From IMG/VR virus record IMGVR_UViG_3300017989_000052: a stretch of DNA of 64,000 nucleotides. The stretch is one strand, 5' to 3'. Positions 26,226-34,825 of this stretch are shown piece by piece; the first letter of the stretch is position 1; every line of letters starts with the position of its first letter. The notes beneath the pieces were generated by a model. The model was not told where the DNA came from. It did no database searches and saw nothing but the letters and a program-made list of their open reading frames with translations. Source of the stretch: a virus (taxonomy: Duplodnaviria; Heunggongvirae; Uroviricota; Caudoviricetes). Both the position numbers and the translations under genes were made by a program.

Positions 26226-26612
26226 ATGGATCTCTCGGGCATAAAAAGGTTAGAGCCCCTGCTAACTTCCCCTTGCTCATTTTTACGGGAGTTAGCAAAG
26301 GCTCTCAAGGCCCTAAAAGAAAAATTTGAAATTGCTCTTGATTTCCTTGAGCGGGGTTTGATTTCACCGGACTATGCATATCTTCGGTTAAAAATTATCC
26401 TTAAGCACAAAGAAAAAAAATATGAAACGCTTGTATATTTAGATACTATGACCCATTACTTAGGGAAGTCTAGCTGCTTTGCTATAGCCGATCCCCTATT
26501 AAAACATACATATGATTTTGTTTCTATTTCTTATATGAGGGCAACACTCAATTTTAGGCTTCGTAAATATGAAAAGTCCTTGGACCATAAAAAGCACAAA
26601 GTTAGTTTATAA
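26226..26612 (+). CDS. hypothetical protein with N-terminal tag
   Basis: LLTSPCSFLRELAK at residues ~12-25. Confidence 0.6.
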   Translation: MDLSGIKRLEPLLTSPCSFLRELAKALKALKEKFEIALDFLERGLISPDYAYLRLKIILKHKEKKYETLVYLDTMTHYLGKSSCFAIADPLLKHTYDFVSISYMRATLNFRLRKYEKSLDHKKHKVSL

Positions 26613-27108
26613 CAACCCTTGGATCTCCGTGCGGGAGGACCAGGTTATAACCCCCTCGGGAACGGATGGGATTTATGGGGTTGTGCATCTTAAAGGCTAT
26701 GCTCTAGGAATCGTTGCTTTAGATGCGGAACAGAATATTTATTTAGTTGGCCAATACAGGTACCCCTTAGAAAAATATTCTTGGGAACTCCCCGAAGGAG
26801 GAGGCGACCTAAAGGCTCCTCCCCTCGAGTCAGCAAAACGCGAATTAAGAGAAGAGACGGGACTAATAGCAAAGGAATGGGAATACCTTTGCAAGTATCA
26901 CCCCTCTAACTCAATCACGGATGAGGTAGGTTTCCTCTATTTAGCTACCGACTTAGTTCAAGGTGAAATGGATTTAGATGAAACCGAGGATATTAAGGTA
27001 AAGAAATTACCTTTTGTGGAGGCTTTAAGAATGGTAGAGAGAGAAGAAATTACGGATCTCATTAGTATTACAGGCATCTACGCCGTTGCTCGCAAATTGG
27101 GAGTTTAG
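26569..27108 (+). CDS. Nudix hydrolase (ADP-ribose pyrophosphatase NudF-like)
   Basis: QYRYPL, Nudix box ELPEGG...ESAKRELREETG. Confidence 0.88.
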   Translation: MKSPWTIKSTKLVYNNPWISVREDQVITPSGTDGIYGVVHLKGYALGIVALDAEQNIYLVGQYRYPLEKYSWELPEGGGDLKAPPLESAKRELREETGLIAKEWEYLCKYHPSNSITDEVGFLYLATDLVQGEMDLDETEDIKVKKLPFVEALRMVEREEITDLISITGIYAVARKLGV

Positions 27109-27110
27109 TA

Positions 27111-27527
27111 ATGTTAACTGAATATTTAACCCATTCCGACCCAGAGATAAGGATTAGCGTAAAAGCAGTAATAAGTCTTAACGAACTTAAGGAATTTAAT
27201 GAAGCTGATAAACTTTTAGAAATGCTAATTACCCATTCCATTAATTCTTATAAGACTATTTTAGATCCGAATTTAGGAATATATACTGATGAAATCCCCC
27301 CAGAACAATATTATGAACGTTACCAAGTCCTTGTTCAGATTCGAATAAAAACGGCTTTAGAAAAAATAAAGTACCTCAAAAATCAAGAAAAGGCTAAAGA
27401 AGAAAAGGCTAAAGAAGAAATTGTAGAGTATGAAGAAAAAAGAAGAAAGGCCCAAGAGCTTTTTGAGCAGAATATTAAGTGGCTAATTCTTGGGGCTTCT
27501 ATAATAATTGCTGCTCTTTTAATTTAG
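27111..27527 (+). CDS. membrane-anchored protein with N-terminal tag (paralog of 2109..2474)
   Basis: MLTEYLTHSDPEIRISVK; C-terminal WLILGASIIIAALLI. Confidence 0.65.
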   Translation: MLTEYLTHSDPEIRISVKAVISLNELKEFNEADKLLEMLITHSINSYKTILDPNLGIYTDEIPPEQYYERYQVLVQIRIKTALEKIKYLKNQEKAKEEKAKEEIVEYEEKRRKAQELFEQNIKWLILGASIIIAALLI

Positions 27528-27534
27528 CACTTTG

Positions 27535-27607
27535 GCACCTGTAGCTTAACTGGAAAAGCCCCCGGCTACGAACTGGGACGCTGGAGGTTCGAATCCTCCC
27601 AGGTGTA
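27535..27607 (+). tRNA. tRNA-Arg(ACG)
   Basis: gcacctg/caggtgt, cccgg-CTACGAA-ctggg. Confidence 0.9.
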
Positions 27608-27635
27608 TTGAGAAAAAATTAGTATAAGGTATAAT

Positions 27636-27708
27636 GCGCCCGTAGCTCAGATGGAAGAGCAGGAGATTTCTAATCTTCAGGTCGTGGGTTCAAATCCTAC
27701 CGGGTGTA
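27636..27708 (+). tRNA. tRNA-Arg(UCU)
   Basis: gcgcccg/cgggtgt, ggaga-TTTCTAA-tcttc. Confidence 0.9.
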
Positions 27709-27725
27709 CTTCAAAAGGAGATTTT

Positions 27726-27923
27726 ATGTCTATATCCGACTTGTTCCCTAACGAGCTAGCAGAAATAACACACGCAAACAGTGCTTGGGCAGCAATGGGA
27801 ATTCTGCAAGGAGAAAAAGTTAAAGTCTTGCAGAAGTGTCCGCTGCTTGTCCAGATTGGAGGATCCAAGTGGGGTTTAGATCCCGAAATCGCGAAGGAAA
27901 TTAAGGTAAGGATTGAAAACTAA
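27726..27923 (+). CDS. FeoA-like SH3-fold protein
   Basis: AMGILQGEKVKV..CPLLVQIGG...LDPEIAKEIKV; ATG 27726 with AGGAG. Confidence 0.65.
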   Translation: MSISDLFPNELAEITHANSAWAAMGILQGEKVKVLQKCPLLVQIGGSKWGLDPEIAKEIKVRIEN

Positions 27924-28207
27924 TGTTATGTGAATTGTGTGGCTGTGAAGAGCATTACAACTTTCACCATTTTATCCCTGTTACAAATCATAGCAATAAA
28001 TGGTTTAAGAAAAACTTTACCCGAGAAGAGATGCGGCAAGGTCTAAACCTTTGTAAGCAATGCCACAAAACAATTCATAAAATTATCCCGAAAGAAAAAG
28101 AACTGGGTAAAAAATATAATAGTTTAGAGAAATTGCTCTCCCACCCAAAAATCGCAAAATATGTGGGATGGAAAAGACAAAGGAAAAGCCCCAATGAAAC
28201 AGTCTAA
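27923..28207 (+). CDS. small HNH-like zinc-binding protein
   Basis: CELC...HHFIP...LNLCKQCHKTIH. Confidence 0.7.
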   Translation: MLCELCGCEEHYNFHHFIPVTNHSNKWFKKNFTREEMRQGLNLCKQCHKTIHKIIPKEKELGKKYNSLEKLLSHPKIAKYVGWKRQRKSPNETV

Positions 28208-28436
28208 ACAATCTAGAATGCGAATGATTAAAGTCGAGCGGCTGGATAGCAAGGGGAATAAGGTTTCTCTAACATCCCACGTTGAGGATTCTAAAAAACT
28301 TAAGCTTGGTAGGCATATCACGCTTAAGGAAGAGGGGGAGGATCTTTGGTGGGAAATCGTTTTCGTATCTGACCATACTATAGATAGAAAACAGATAGAG
28401 GGGATTCAACGCTTTAAGTTTCCTAGCACAAAATAA
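28161..28436 (+). CDS. hypothetical protein
   Basis: Coupled ORF; start uncertain. Confidence 0.5.
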   Translation: MWDGKDKGKAPMKQSKQSRMRMIKVERLDSKGNKVSLTSHVEDSKKLKLGRHITLKEEGEDLWWEIVFVSDHTIDRKQIEGIQRFKFPSTK

Positions 28437-28873
28437 TGCACCCTTACCACCAACCTAAACTTCTTTCAACGGTTTTCTTTGAATTTCAAAAATGGGTTCC
28501 CCTTTATGGGTTGGATTTCTTTTTTCCTCCATGCCTCTCTTTTTTTAAAGGAAGTTCGGATAAAACAGTCATCTTTCGGGTTGCTTGGCCCTTCTGTTTA
28601 GAATTTGATGTTGAAAACGAAATCGTCGGCCTCTATGGAAGATTTCAAATAGACACCCCTGTCTTAACTTTTTCTTCTTTCCTTAGCCTTGGTTTCTTCT
28701 TAAATTCCCCCAAAGCTTTTGTACAATATATTGTAATTGAACTCTATAACTTTTTTTGTGATGCCGCGACTTTGACACATTCTGATAAGCATGTTCGCGA
28801 TTGTTGTAAAAAATTTCGGGAAAGAATAAAGGAAGAAGATGTATCCAACTTACAGTGGTTTGCCAATCTTTAA
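28436..28873 (+). CDS. hypothetical protein with tag near C-terminus
   Basis: TLTHSDKHVRDCCK. Confidence 0.55.
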   Translation: MHPYHQPKLLSTVFFEFQKWVPLYGLDFFFPPCLSFFKGSSDKTVIFRVAWPFCLEFDVENEIVGLYGRFQIDTPVLTFSSFLSLGFFLNSPKAFVQYIVIELYNFFCDAATLTHSDKHVRDCCKKFRERIKEEDVSNLQWFANL

Positions 28874-29036
28874 GGCAACACAATTTGCAAAAGTCTTTAA
28901 AATGAAATACGAGGGCCCTGGCAACCAAAAAGGGTTTGCGGGGTTTTGGTTCAGCAACAAAGGAAGAAAAGATTTTTATAGTTATGACAGAATGTCCAAA
29001 ATGTTAAAGGATGAAAAGAAAAATGTTAGAGAATGA
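28839..29036 (+). CDS. hypothetical protein
   Basis: 65 aa coupled ORF. Confidence 0.45.
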   Translation: MYPTYSGLPIFKATQFAKVFKMKYEGPGNQKGFAGFWFSNKGRKDFYSYDRMSKMLKDEKKNVRE

Positions 29037-29451
29037 AGCTCACCTTAGACTTTGCTTAGTCCTTGGAAATCCCCTTTATTTCAGCTTTCTCTGTTTGAGT
29101 AATGTTTCTCTTTTCATAAAAATCCCTATCTTAATTATAGGTTCGATTATCCCCCTTATAACATTATTATGCCTAGTAATGTTTGTTGTTTCTTTTTTCA
29201 GTATGGTTTGGGCAACTAGAAAAGGGTGTACCTGCTCTTGGGAGCTTGTTACTATGGAATTTAGTTATTCGAATTCTAGAGTAAAAACTTCTATTTTAGG
29301 AGTAACAACTATCATAGATTGCCCATACCATAGGGAAACACATGAAAAGGCGATTGTTAAAGCGTACGTTAAAAGGGAAAAGAAGGACCTTAAGTCCCTT
29401 CTCACTCATAAAAATGTGAGGGTAAGGCTTGCTGCAAAGAAATTACAATAA
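29023..29451 (+). CDS. membrane protein with CxC...CPYH motif and C-terminal tag
   Basis: TM helices, GCTC...CPYH, LLTHKNVRVRLAAK. Confidence 0.65.
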   Translation: MLENEAHLRLCLVLGNPLYFSFLCLSNVSLFIKIPILIIGSIIPLITLLCLVMFVVSFFSMVWATRKGCTCSWELVTMEFSYSNSRVKTSILGVTTIIDCPYHRETHEKAIVKAYVKREKKDLKSLLTHKNVRVRLAAKKLQ

Positions 29452-29454
29452 AGA

Positions 29455-29796
29455 ATGTTTGAACATAAAAAAACTATCTATAAGGCAACCCAAATTTTTG
29501 GGGATAAGAGCGAAGACGTATTAGGATACATTATCACCTATAAAAATGAAGATGAGTGGGAAATCGCTTATTTTGATACAGCTGTGGCAAAAGAAGAAAC
29601 ATCCTTGGAGGAGAAGCATAACATCCTATGGTTACAAGGTATAAAAGATTTTTACGAAAAAGGCGAAGATAAAGAACCCTTCTTTAAGGATTCAAAATAT
29701 AGATATGACGAGAGGTCCCTCACAGAATTCTTAACACACTCAAACACAAAATTAAGAGCCTTTGCAAAAAAATATAATGTTTATCCTGAAAATTAA
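29455..29796 (+). CDS. hypothetical protein with C-terminal tag
   Basis: FLTHSNTKLRAFAK. Confidence 0.65.
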   Translation: MFEHKKTIYKATQIFGDKSEDVLGYIITYKNEDEWEIAYFDTAVAKEETSLEEKHNILWLQGIKDFYEKGEDKEPFFKDSKYRYDERSLTEFLTHSNTKLRAFAKKYNVYPEN

Positions 29797-30157
29797 TCAA
29801 ACCGGGCCTTTCGAGGCTACGGGGGAAGAGTATAGCTTCAACTTTCTTCCAACGAAGAAAGAAATTGTTGCCTGCTGCCTCTACCTCTTAATCGATGAGT
29901 GGCAAGGTGTTAGGTATGACCATAAGTTAGGGGTTTGCCCCGAAGAAATCAAGAATATAAAATTTCAAGTATACGACGAATGGTGTAGTATTATTCACCT
30001 ATCTTTTAAGAATCCACATAAAAGCCTTCCCAGAATAATGAAATGTGAAATAACTAGAGTTAGTCAAACCCCTGCTTGTTTAGAGCAATATCTAACCTCG
30101 CCCAGCTTGGGGCTGGCGATAAAACAATGGATGAAAGAGGAACTAGATGCTTCCTGA
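29777..30157 (+). CDS. hypothetical protein with degenerate C-terminal tag
   Basis: EQYLTSPSLGLAIKQW; in-frame ATG at 29777. Confidence 0.55.
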   Translation: MFILKINQTGPFEATGEEYSFNFLPTKKEIVACCLYLLIDEWQGVRYDHKLGVCPEEIKNIKFQVYDEWCSIIHLSFKNPHKSLPRIMKCEITRVSQTPACLEQYLTSPSLGLAIKQWMKEELDAS

Positions 30158-31004
30158 GATTGCAATTGGAGATGCGTATGGGGCAGCGTTTGAGTTTGCT
30201 CCAAAAAAGTTTCTCCGAGAAAATAACGATTTTCAGTACCACCCCCACCCAAAAAGGGCAGATTTTGGAAAAGGGAATTATACTGATGATACGCAGATGT
30301 CGATTGGCACTGCGCTTTTCATGTTAAGCGAGGAACATATATCACAGCTAAACATTGCTAAATTTTACGTTCAAGCTTATAAAGATAATCCAATTGATGG
30401 ATATGCTAGAGGCTTTCAATCTGTCCTTAATAAAGTAAGAGGGGGCAATCATTTAATCAAGGTACTAAGGCCCTATTCAAAACGGAATGGTTCTGTAATG
30501 CGGGCTGTGCCGCTGGGATTATTAAAGAGCCCAAAAGAAATTATTCATTTCTCAATTGTTCAATCTTCCATCACCCATGCAACTTTCGAGGGGGTGCATG
30601 CTGCAACAATTGTAAGTCTCGCAGCACACTATCTTTACTATAATTTAGGAAAAAAGAAAAAAATTATAGATTTTATGAAAGAAACTGCGCCCGATATTCC
30701 ATTAATAGATTATGATAAGGTAAAGAAGCCTGTTGCTTGCGACGCAAAGCAAACTATAAGCGCGGTTCTTGCGTTAATACGGCAACACACTAGGATGTCA
30801 GTTATTTTACGGAATGCCATTTGTCTTGGCGGAGATACTGATTCGGTTGCTTCTGTGGCACTTGGTTTAGCAAGTTTAACAGATCAAATCCGAAATGATC
30901 TACCAGAACATCTGTATAAAGAATTGAATCCTGGGACGAAAGGGCTTTCTTACCTTCAAACATTAGATTCACAACTATTTGCAAAATTCCCAAAAACGGA
31001 GTAA
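30147..31004 (+). CDS. ADP-ribosylglycohydrolase (DraG/ARH family)
   Basis: AIGDAYG, YTDDTQM, NGSVMR, GGDTDSVAS. Confidence 0.92.
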   Translation: MLPEIAIGDAYGAAFEFAPKKFLRENNDFQYHPHPKRADFGKGNYTDDTQMSIGTALFMLSEEHISQLNIAKFYVQAYKDNPIDGYARGFQSVLNKVRGGNHLIKVLRPYSKRNGSVMRAVPLGLLKSPKEIIHFSIVQSSITHATFEGVHAATIVSLAAHYLYYNLGKKKKIIDFMKETAPDIPLIDYDKVKKPVACDAKQTISAVLALIRQHTRMSVILRNAICLGGDTDSVASVALGLASLTDQIRNDLPEHLYKELNPGTKGLSYLQTLDSQLFAKFPKTE

Positions 31005-31010
31005 AGGAAG

Positions 31011-31367
31011 ATGAAACAATTAACAACCGAAACTTTTAAGGAAGAAATTTTTAACTTTGAAGTCAATGATTGGAAATATGAGGGACAAAAGCCTTGTATT
31101 ATTGATTTCTTTGCAGACTGGTGCGGCCCCTGTAAAGCATTAGGTCCCCTTCTGGAGGACCTGGAGAAAGAATATAAGGATAAAATCGATTTCTTTAAGG
31201 TTGATATCGATGAAGATCCTACCCTTGCGGCGAGATTTGAAATTGCGAGTATCCCCACGTTAATTTTTCTTCCAACTGATGGGTCTTCCCCTCAGGTTAT
31301 TAAAGGGCTTCTTCCAAAAGAGGGGCTTATTGAAGTTTTCAAAGACGTCTTTAAGCTCGAAGAATAA
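31011..31367 (+). CDS. trxA: thioredoxin
   Basis: DFFADWCGPCK, SIPTL. Confidence 0.93.
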   Translation: MKQLTTETFKEEIFNFEVNDWKYEGQKPCIIDFFADWCGPCKALGPLLEDLEKEYKDKIDFFKVDIDEDPTLAARFEIASIPTLIFLPTDGSSPQVIKGLLPKEGLIEVFKDVFKLEE

Positions 31368-31369
31368 CA

Positions 31370-31398
31370 ATCGTATAACTAAGTAAAATCATTATATT
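31370..31398 (+). promoter_or_regulatory. putative phage promoter (CGTT-N17-TATAT class)
   Basis: atcgta-N17-tatatt immediately after the trxA stop. Confidence 0.6.
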
Positions 31399-31460
31399 TT
31401 TAATAGGGATCGGGGTATTTCCTCCGGTCCTTGTTATTTTTAGGCACCTAGGGCCATGGA

Positions 31461-32078
31461 ATGAATGCTTCCCAGAATCTTGCGAGTTGTAGCCTTAACT
31501 TCCGCGAAAACCCGGATTCCTCTATTTTTGGGGGAGGCGGGAAAAAGCGGGATATCTCCACGGTACCTAACTTAGATACCCTAACCGAAATTCGACAAAT
31601 TGTTGCTGAAACTCTTATTAAACTCAACGCCGACCATTTATTGCTAAACGTTTCTTTTAATGGTAGATTTTCGGCAAGACTTGGAGATGCGAATTGGTCT
31701 TATAAGCGAATTCGGTTTAGTAAGCCACTTTGGCCCAGAGCCTCAAAACTACAACGGTATCAATGTGTAGTTCATGAGGTCGCCCATATTATCGCCCACG
31801 AGCGATATGGAAGAGGGGTTGGGAAACGAATTAAACCTCATGGCAATGAATGGAAAAGAGTCATGAGAGAAATGGGGTTAGACCCTGATCGCTGTCACGA
31901 GGTGCCAACGGCAGGGGTGGCTAACAAAAAAGCAAAGTTCAAAACCTTTTGTAACTGCCCGGGAGAGGGGAAACTGCACCTAGTCACCCAAAAGGTTTAC
32001 AACCGAATTGCTGACCCCCTGCGTCTTAACAAATATTTTTGTCGGCGCTGTAAAGCTACATTAACTATAAAACCCTAA
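31461..32078 (+). CDS. SprT-like zinc metalloprotease
   Basis: FNGRFSARLGDA, VVHEVAHI, PHGNEWKRVM, C-terminal Cys cluster; start uncertain. Confidence 0.85.
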   Translation: MNASQNLASCSLNFRENPDSSIFGGGGKKRDISTVPNLDTLTEIRQIVAETLIKLNADHLLLNVSFNGRFSARLGDANWSYKRIRFSKPLWPRASKLQRYQCVVHEVAHIIAHERYGRGVGKRIKPHGNEWKRVMREMGLDPDRCHEVPTAGVANKKAKFKTFCNCPGEGKLHLVTQKVYNRIADPLRLNKYFCRRCKATLTIKP

Positions 32079-32083
32079 GATTA

Positions 32084-32557
32084 ATGGAAAAACATTATAC
32101 TTTAATCGCAGACACGTCTCAGGCAGGCTTTTGGGGCACCTCTCCAACTTATAAATGCCAAATTAAAAGGAAACCTCGCTTTACCGATTTGAAATTGTTT
32201 GGCTATCTTATAGCCAAAGACCTGGTAGCTAGATTTATCCTGGGCTCAATATCATATCCGAGGGTTGCTAAAGTCCAAGGGGATGTAAATAGCGGCTGGT
32301 TTGACGAATGTTATTCGTTTTTTGATTTTGATCGTTTTTTCGAGGATTGCCTAGCATGTGGAAGTACGCTAGTAATTGAAATTTCTGGCTTCAGAATCCC
32401 TATAAAAACTGAAATTGAATTTATTCTAAAATCCTTTAACATTTCTCAAGACCTTACCCACAAGAACGCCAATATTCGCAAAACTGCAAAAGAAATCCAA
32501 AAGGATGTTACGGAAGCGTCGTTTTACTTTACCCCTTTCCCAGAGACAACGCCATGA
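32084..32557 (+). CDS. hypothetical protein with tag near C-terminus
   Basis: DLTHKNANIRKTAK. Confidence 0.6.
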   Translation: MEKHYTLIADTSQAGFWGTSPTYKCQIKRKPRFTDLKLFGYLIAKDLVARFILGSISYPRVAKVQGDVNSGWFDECYSFFDFDRFFEDCLACGSTLVIEISGFRIPIKTEIEFILKSFNISQDLTHKNANIRKTAKEIQKDVTEASFYFTPFPETTP

Positions 32558-33396
32558 AAATCGAAAAGCCAGAAAACCCACTTATCACTTCTGGGCCCCT
32601 TTCAATCTTCTTTGTTGGGGTTGGAAGTGCTTTCGCGATGGAACACTATCAAACAAGTATCCTCATCGCAAAAGGGGATACCCACATCCTTGTGGACTGT
32701 GGAGAAAACGGGCCTTTGGCTTTAAATAGTCATGGGATTGATGTTTCAGATATCCAAACTCTTTTTGTAACGCATTTGCATTCGGATCACGTTGCAGGGG
32801 TAGGACACCTTGCCTTGAAAAACTATTACGTAGCACGCCCTTTTATGAAGAAGCCCAAGTTACGCTGTATTGTTAATGAACATATGCAGCAGTTAATGTG
32901 GGATAAAGCATTATCTGCAGGGTTAATGTATAACGAAATCATCGGGGAAGAGCTCGCTCGGCCACTTTGTTTTGAGGATTACTTCACCGTAGTTCGGCCG
33001 ACTTGGAAACAAATTCAGCCCCGAGAGGTATGGGAAGTTAAAATCGGTGAGATTAAATTAGAAATCTTCCGAACTCTACATATTCCTCAGCAAGCCCCTA
33101 CTTGGGATGCTGCATTTCCATCTTATGGCTTAATGATTGATGACCGTGTTTTCTACTCTGGGGATTCCCAGTTTGACCCCAGCTTAATTGATCAGTATAA
33201 GCATGCTGAAGCTTTCTTCCACGACGTACAATTTTTCCCAGGCGCCGTGCATGCGCCTTTGGCAGACCTAAAGAAACTGCCAGAAGACATTAAAAAGAAA
33301 ATGTTTTTAATGCACTATGCAGATAATTTTGAGGAGCAAGAAATTGGTGGCTTTGCTGGTTGGGCAACCCAAGGCAATTCTTACGTGTTTGAGTAG
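32554..33396 (+). CDS. MBL-fold metallohydrolase, Apyc1-like cyclic-nucleotide phosphodiesterase candidate
   Basis: VGVGSAF, LVDCG, THLHSDH, FYSGDSQFD, FHDVQF..AVHA, LMHYAD. Confidence 0.8.
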   Translation: MKIEKPENPLITSGPLSIFFVGVGSAFAMEHYQTSILIAKGDTHILVDCGENGPLALNSHGIDVSDIQTLFVTHLHSDHVAGVGHLALKNYYVARPFMKKPKLRCIVNEHMQQLMWDKALSAGLMYNEIIGEELARPLCFEDYFTVVRPTWKQIQPREVWEVKIGEIKLEIFRTLHIPQQAPTWDAAFPSYGLMIDDRVFYSGDSQFDPSLIDQYKHAEAFFHDVQFFPGAVHAPLADLKKLPEDIKKKMFLMHYADNFEEQEIGGFAGWATQGNSYVFE

Positions 33397-33405
33397 GAGA
33401 AGCAA

Positions 33406-34080
33406 ATGTCAAATATACGATTCATTTTCCCAAAAGAAATGCCTTCCATCGAAGAGGTCGACACTATTTTGCGCGATATTGTCGACAAACATTTCCAAGG
33501 ACTTACGTTAGGTATCTGGGATTCGAAAACACGGGATTATGCCAAGACAGAACGACCTACCGCTGCGGCTTTCAAAAAAGAACAGCAAAGCCTAGATAAA
33601 GACGGGTTCCCAACCTTTGCGTGGGAGCTTCTCTACAAACCTTACCCCAACGAGCTTGATTTCTTTTGTTCCGCCGATATCTACTATGGAAAGGCCTTGA
33701 GGGATCCGGAACAAGTAGTCGGGTGGCAAGCCTGTGATGCTTGGGACGAGGACGAATGGGAAGCCCACAACAAGCGGTTAATACACGTTCCAGCAATTCA
33801 AATTCCGCACCATGTAAATCGTTTTTCGGAATTCCTCTCCGAAAGACTTATGAGGCATCTTTCCTTGAAATTAGGGGATGTCATCCTTGGGGATGAGGGG
33901 GTTGGAGAGCTTTGGTACCCTAAAGAGGACCAGACATTTGAAACATTTGAAAGCTACCTATCTTATTTCGATGCAGGCTTGAAAAAAGACTACCCAGAGG
34001 TGTTTGAGCGGCTGGTACTGGGGTTTTCCCTCCCACAAGAATTGGAATATTTAAGAGGCGATCTTAAGAAGAAGGATTAA
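33406..34080 (+). CDS. hypothetical acidic protein
   Basis: 224 aa, AGGAG RBS. Confidence 0.6.
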   Translation: MSNIRFIFPKEMPSIEEVDTILRDIVDKHFQGLTLGIWDSKTRDYAKTERPTAAAFKKEQQSLDKDGFPTFAWELLYKPYPNELDFFCSADIYYGKALRDPEQVVGWQACDAWDEDEWEAHNKRLIHVPAIQIPHHVNRFSEFLSERLMRHLSLKLGDVILGDEGVGELWYPKEDQTFETFESYLSYFDAGLKKDYPEVFERLVLGFSLPQELEYLRGDLKKKD

Positions 34081-34081
34081 A

Positions 34082-34378
34082 ATGTTTTTCCGCAAGAAAA
34101 AAAACCAGCAGAGAGCCATCCCTGCGCCTGCAACGCTTTCTCTAGAAGAGAAGCGACAGGTTTACGATTACGCAAAAAACAAACGGGCAGATATTAGTGG
34201 GCGGCAACGAATTGTTGATTTACACCGGGCGATGTTAAAGAAGGACCCCCGGAGTTGCCGCAACTCCAGTTATATGTCTTTCTTGGCAGAAGTGGATAAT
34301 CCCTGCCCTGATCTTATATTAAGAGATAGATATAGAAAAGAAGTTATTAAGGACTTTGAGGGAAAAAATGAACATTAA
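34082..34378 (+). CDS. hypothetical protein
   Basis: 98 aa coupled ORF. Confidence 0.55.
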   Translation: MFFRKKKNQQRAIPAPATLSLEEKRQVYDYAKNKRADISGRQRIVDLHRAMLKKDPRSCRNSSYMSFLAEVDNPCPDLILRDRYRKEVIKDFEGKNEH

Positions 34379-34640
34379 AGAATTTTCAGAGTATGCCAAA
34401 GCCGACACTGCGATTAGAAGGTATCTAAAAGAAACAGGCTGGAAATATACACATGACGGAATTTGGGAAAAGGAAGAAAAAAAAGTAATGTTGCCTGTCT
34501 ACCTTTTCAACAGTGCCCCCTCAATGCTAGATCGCCTTGCTAACGTAATTGACCAAATCGCAGAGGCAGAAGGGTTAACTTCTTCCCAAGCGGCTATTAA
34601 AATTCTTAACGCTTTAGAATTGAAAAAAGAGAAGAAATGA
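34368..34640 (+). CDS. hypothetical protein
   Basis: In-frame ATG at 34368 with GAGGG upstream. Confidence 0.5.
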   Translation: MNIKEFSEYAKADTAIRRYLKETGWKYTHDGIWEKEEKKVMLPVYLFNSAPSMLDRLANVIDQIAEAEGLTSSQAAIKILNALELKKEKK

Positions 34641-34825
34641 GATACCAGGTACAAAAGAATAAGCAAGATGGAGCTGCTTATGATGTTGTTGGCCCCAACA
34701 AGGAACTTTATGTTTTTGGGGAAACTTTCACCGTAGCATCCGGAATTTGTGATGGCCTAAACCACGGTTCGTTTATTTGTGGCGAGATCCAAGAAGTTGT
34801 TAATTCAATTAAAGGAGAAAAGTAA
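34637..34825 (+). CDS. hypothetical protein
   Basis: 62 aa coupled ORF. Confidence 0.5.
   Translation: MRYQVQKNKQDGAAYDVVGPNKELYVFGETFTVASGICDGLNHGSFICGEIQEVVNSIKGEK

Noticed and set aside
27387-27416. 15-bp tandem repeat gaaaaggctaaagaa x2
   Set aside because: A simple coding duplication (EKAKE) in a charged helix; no sign of separate function.
27651-27725. N-terminal extension of the 27651 ORF, and ORF 36836..37030 (-)
   Set aside because: They overlap tRNA-Arg(UCU) and tRNA-Gln respectively; better starts with an RBS exist downstream.
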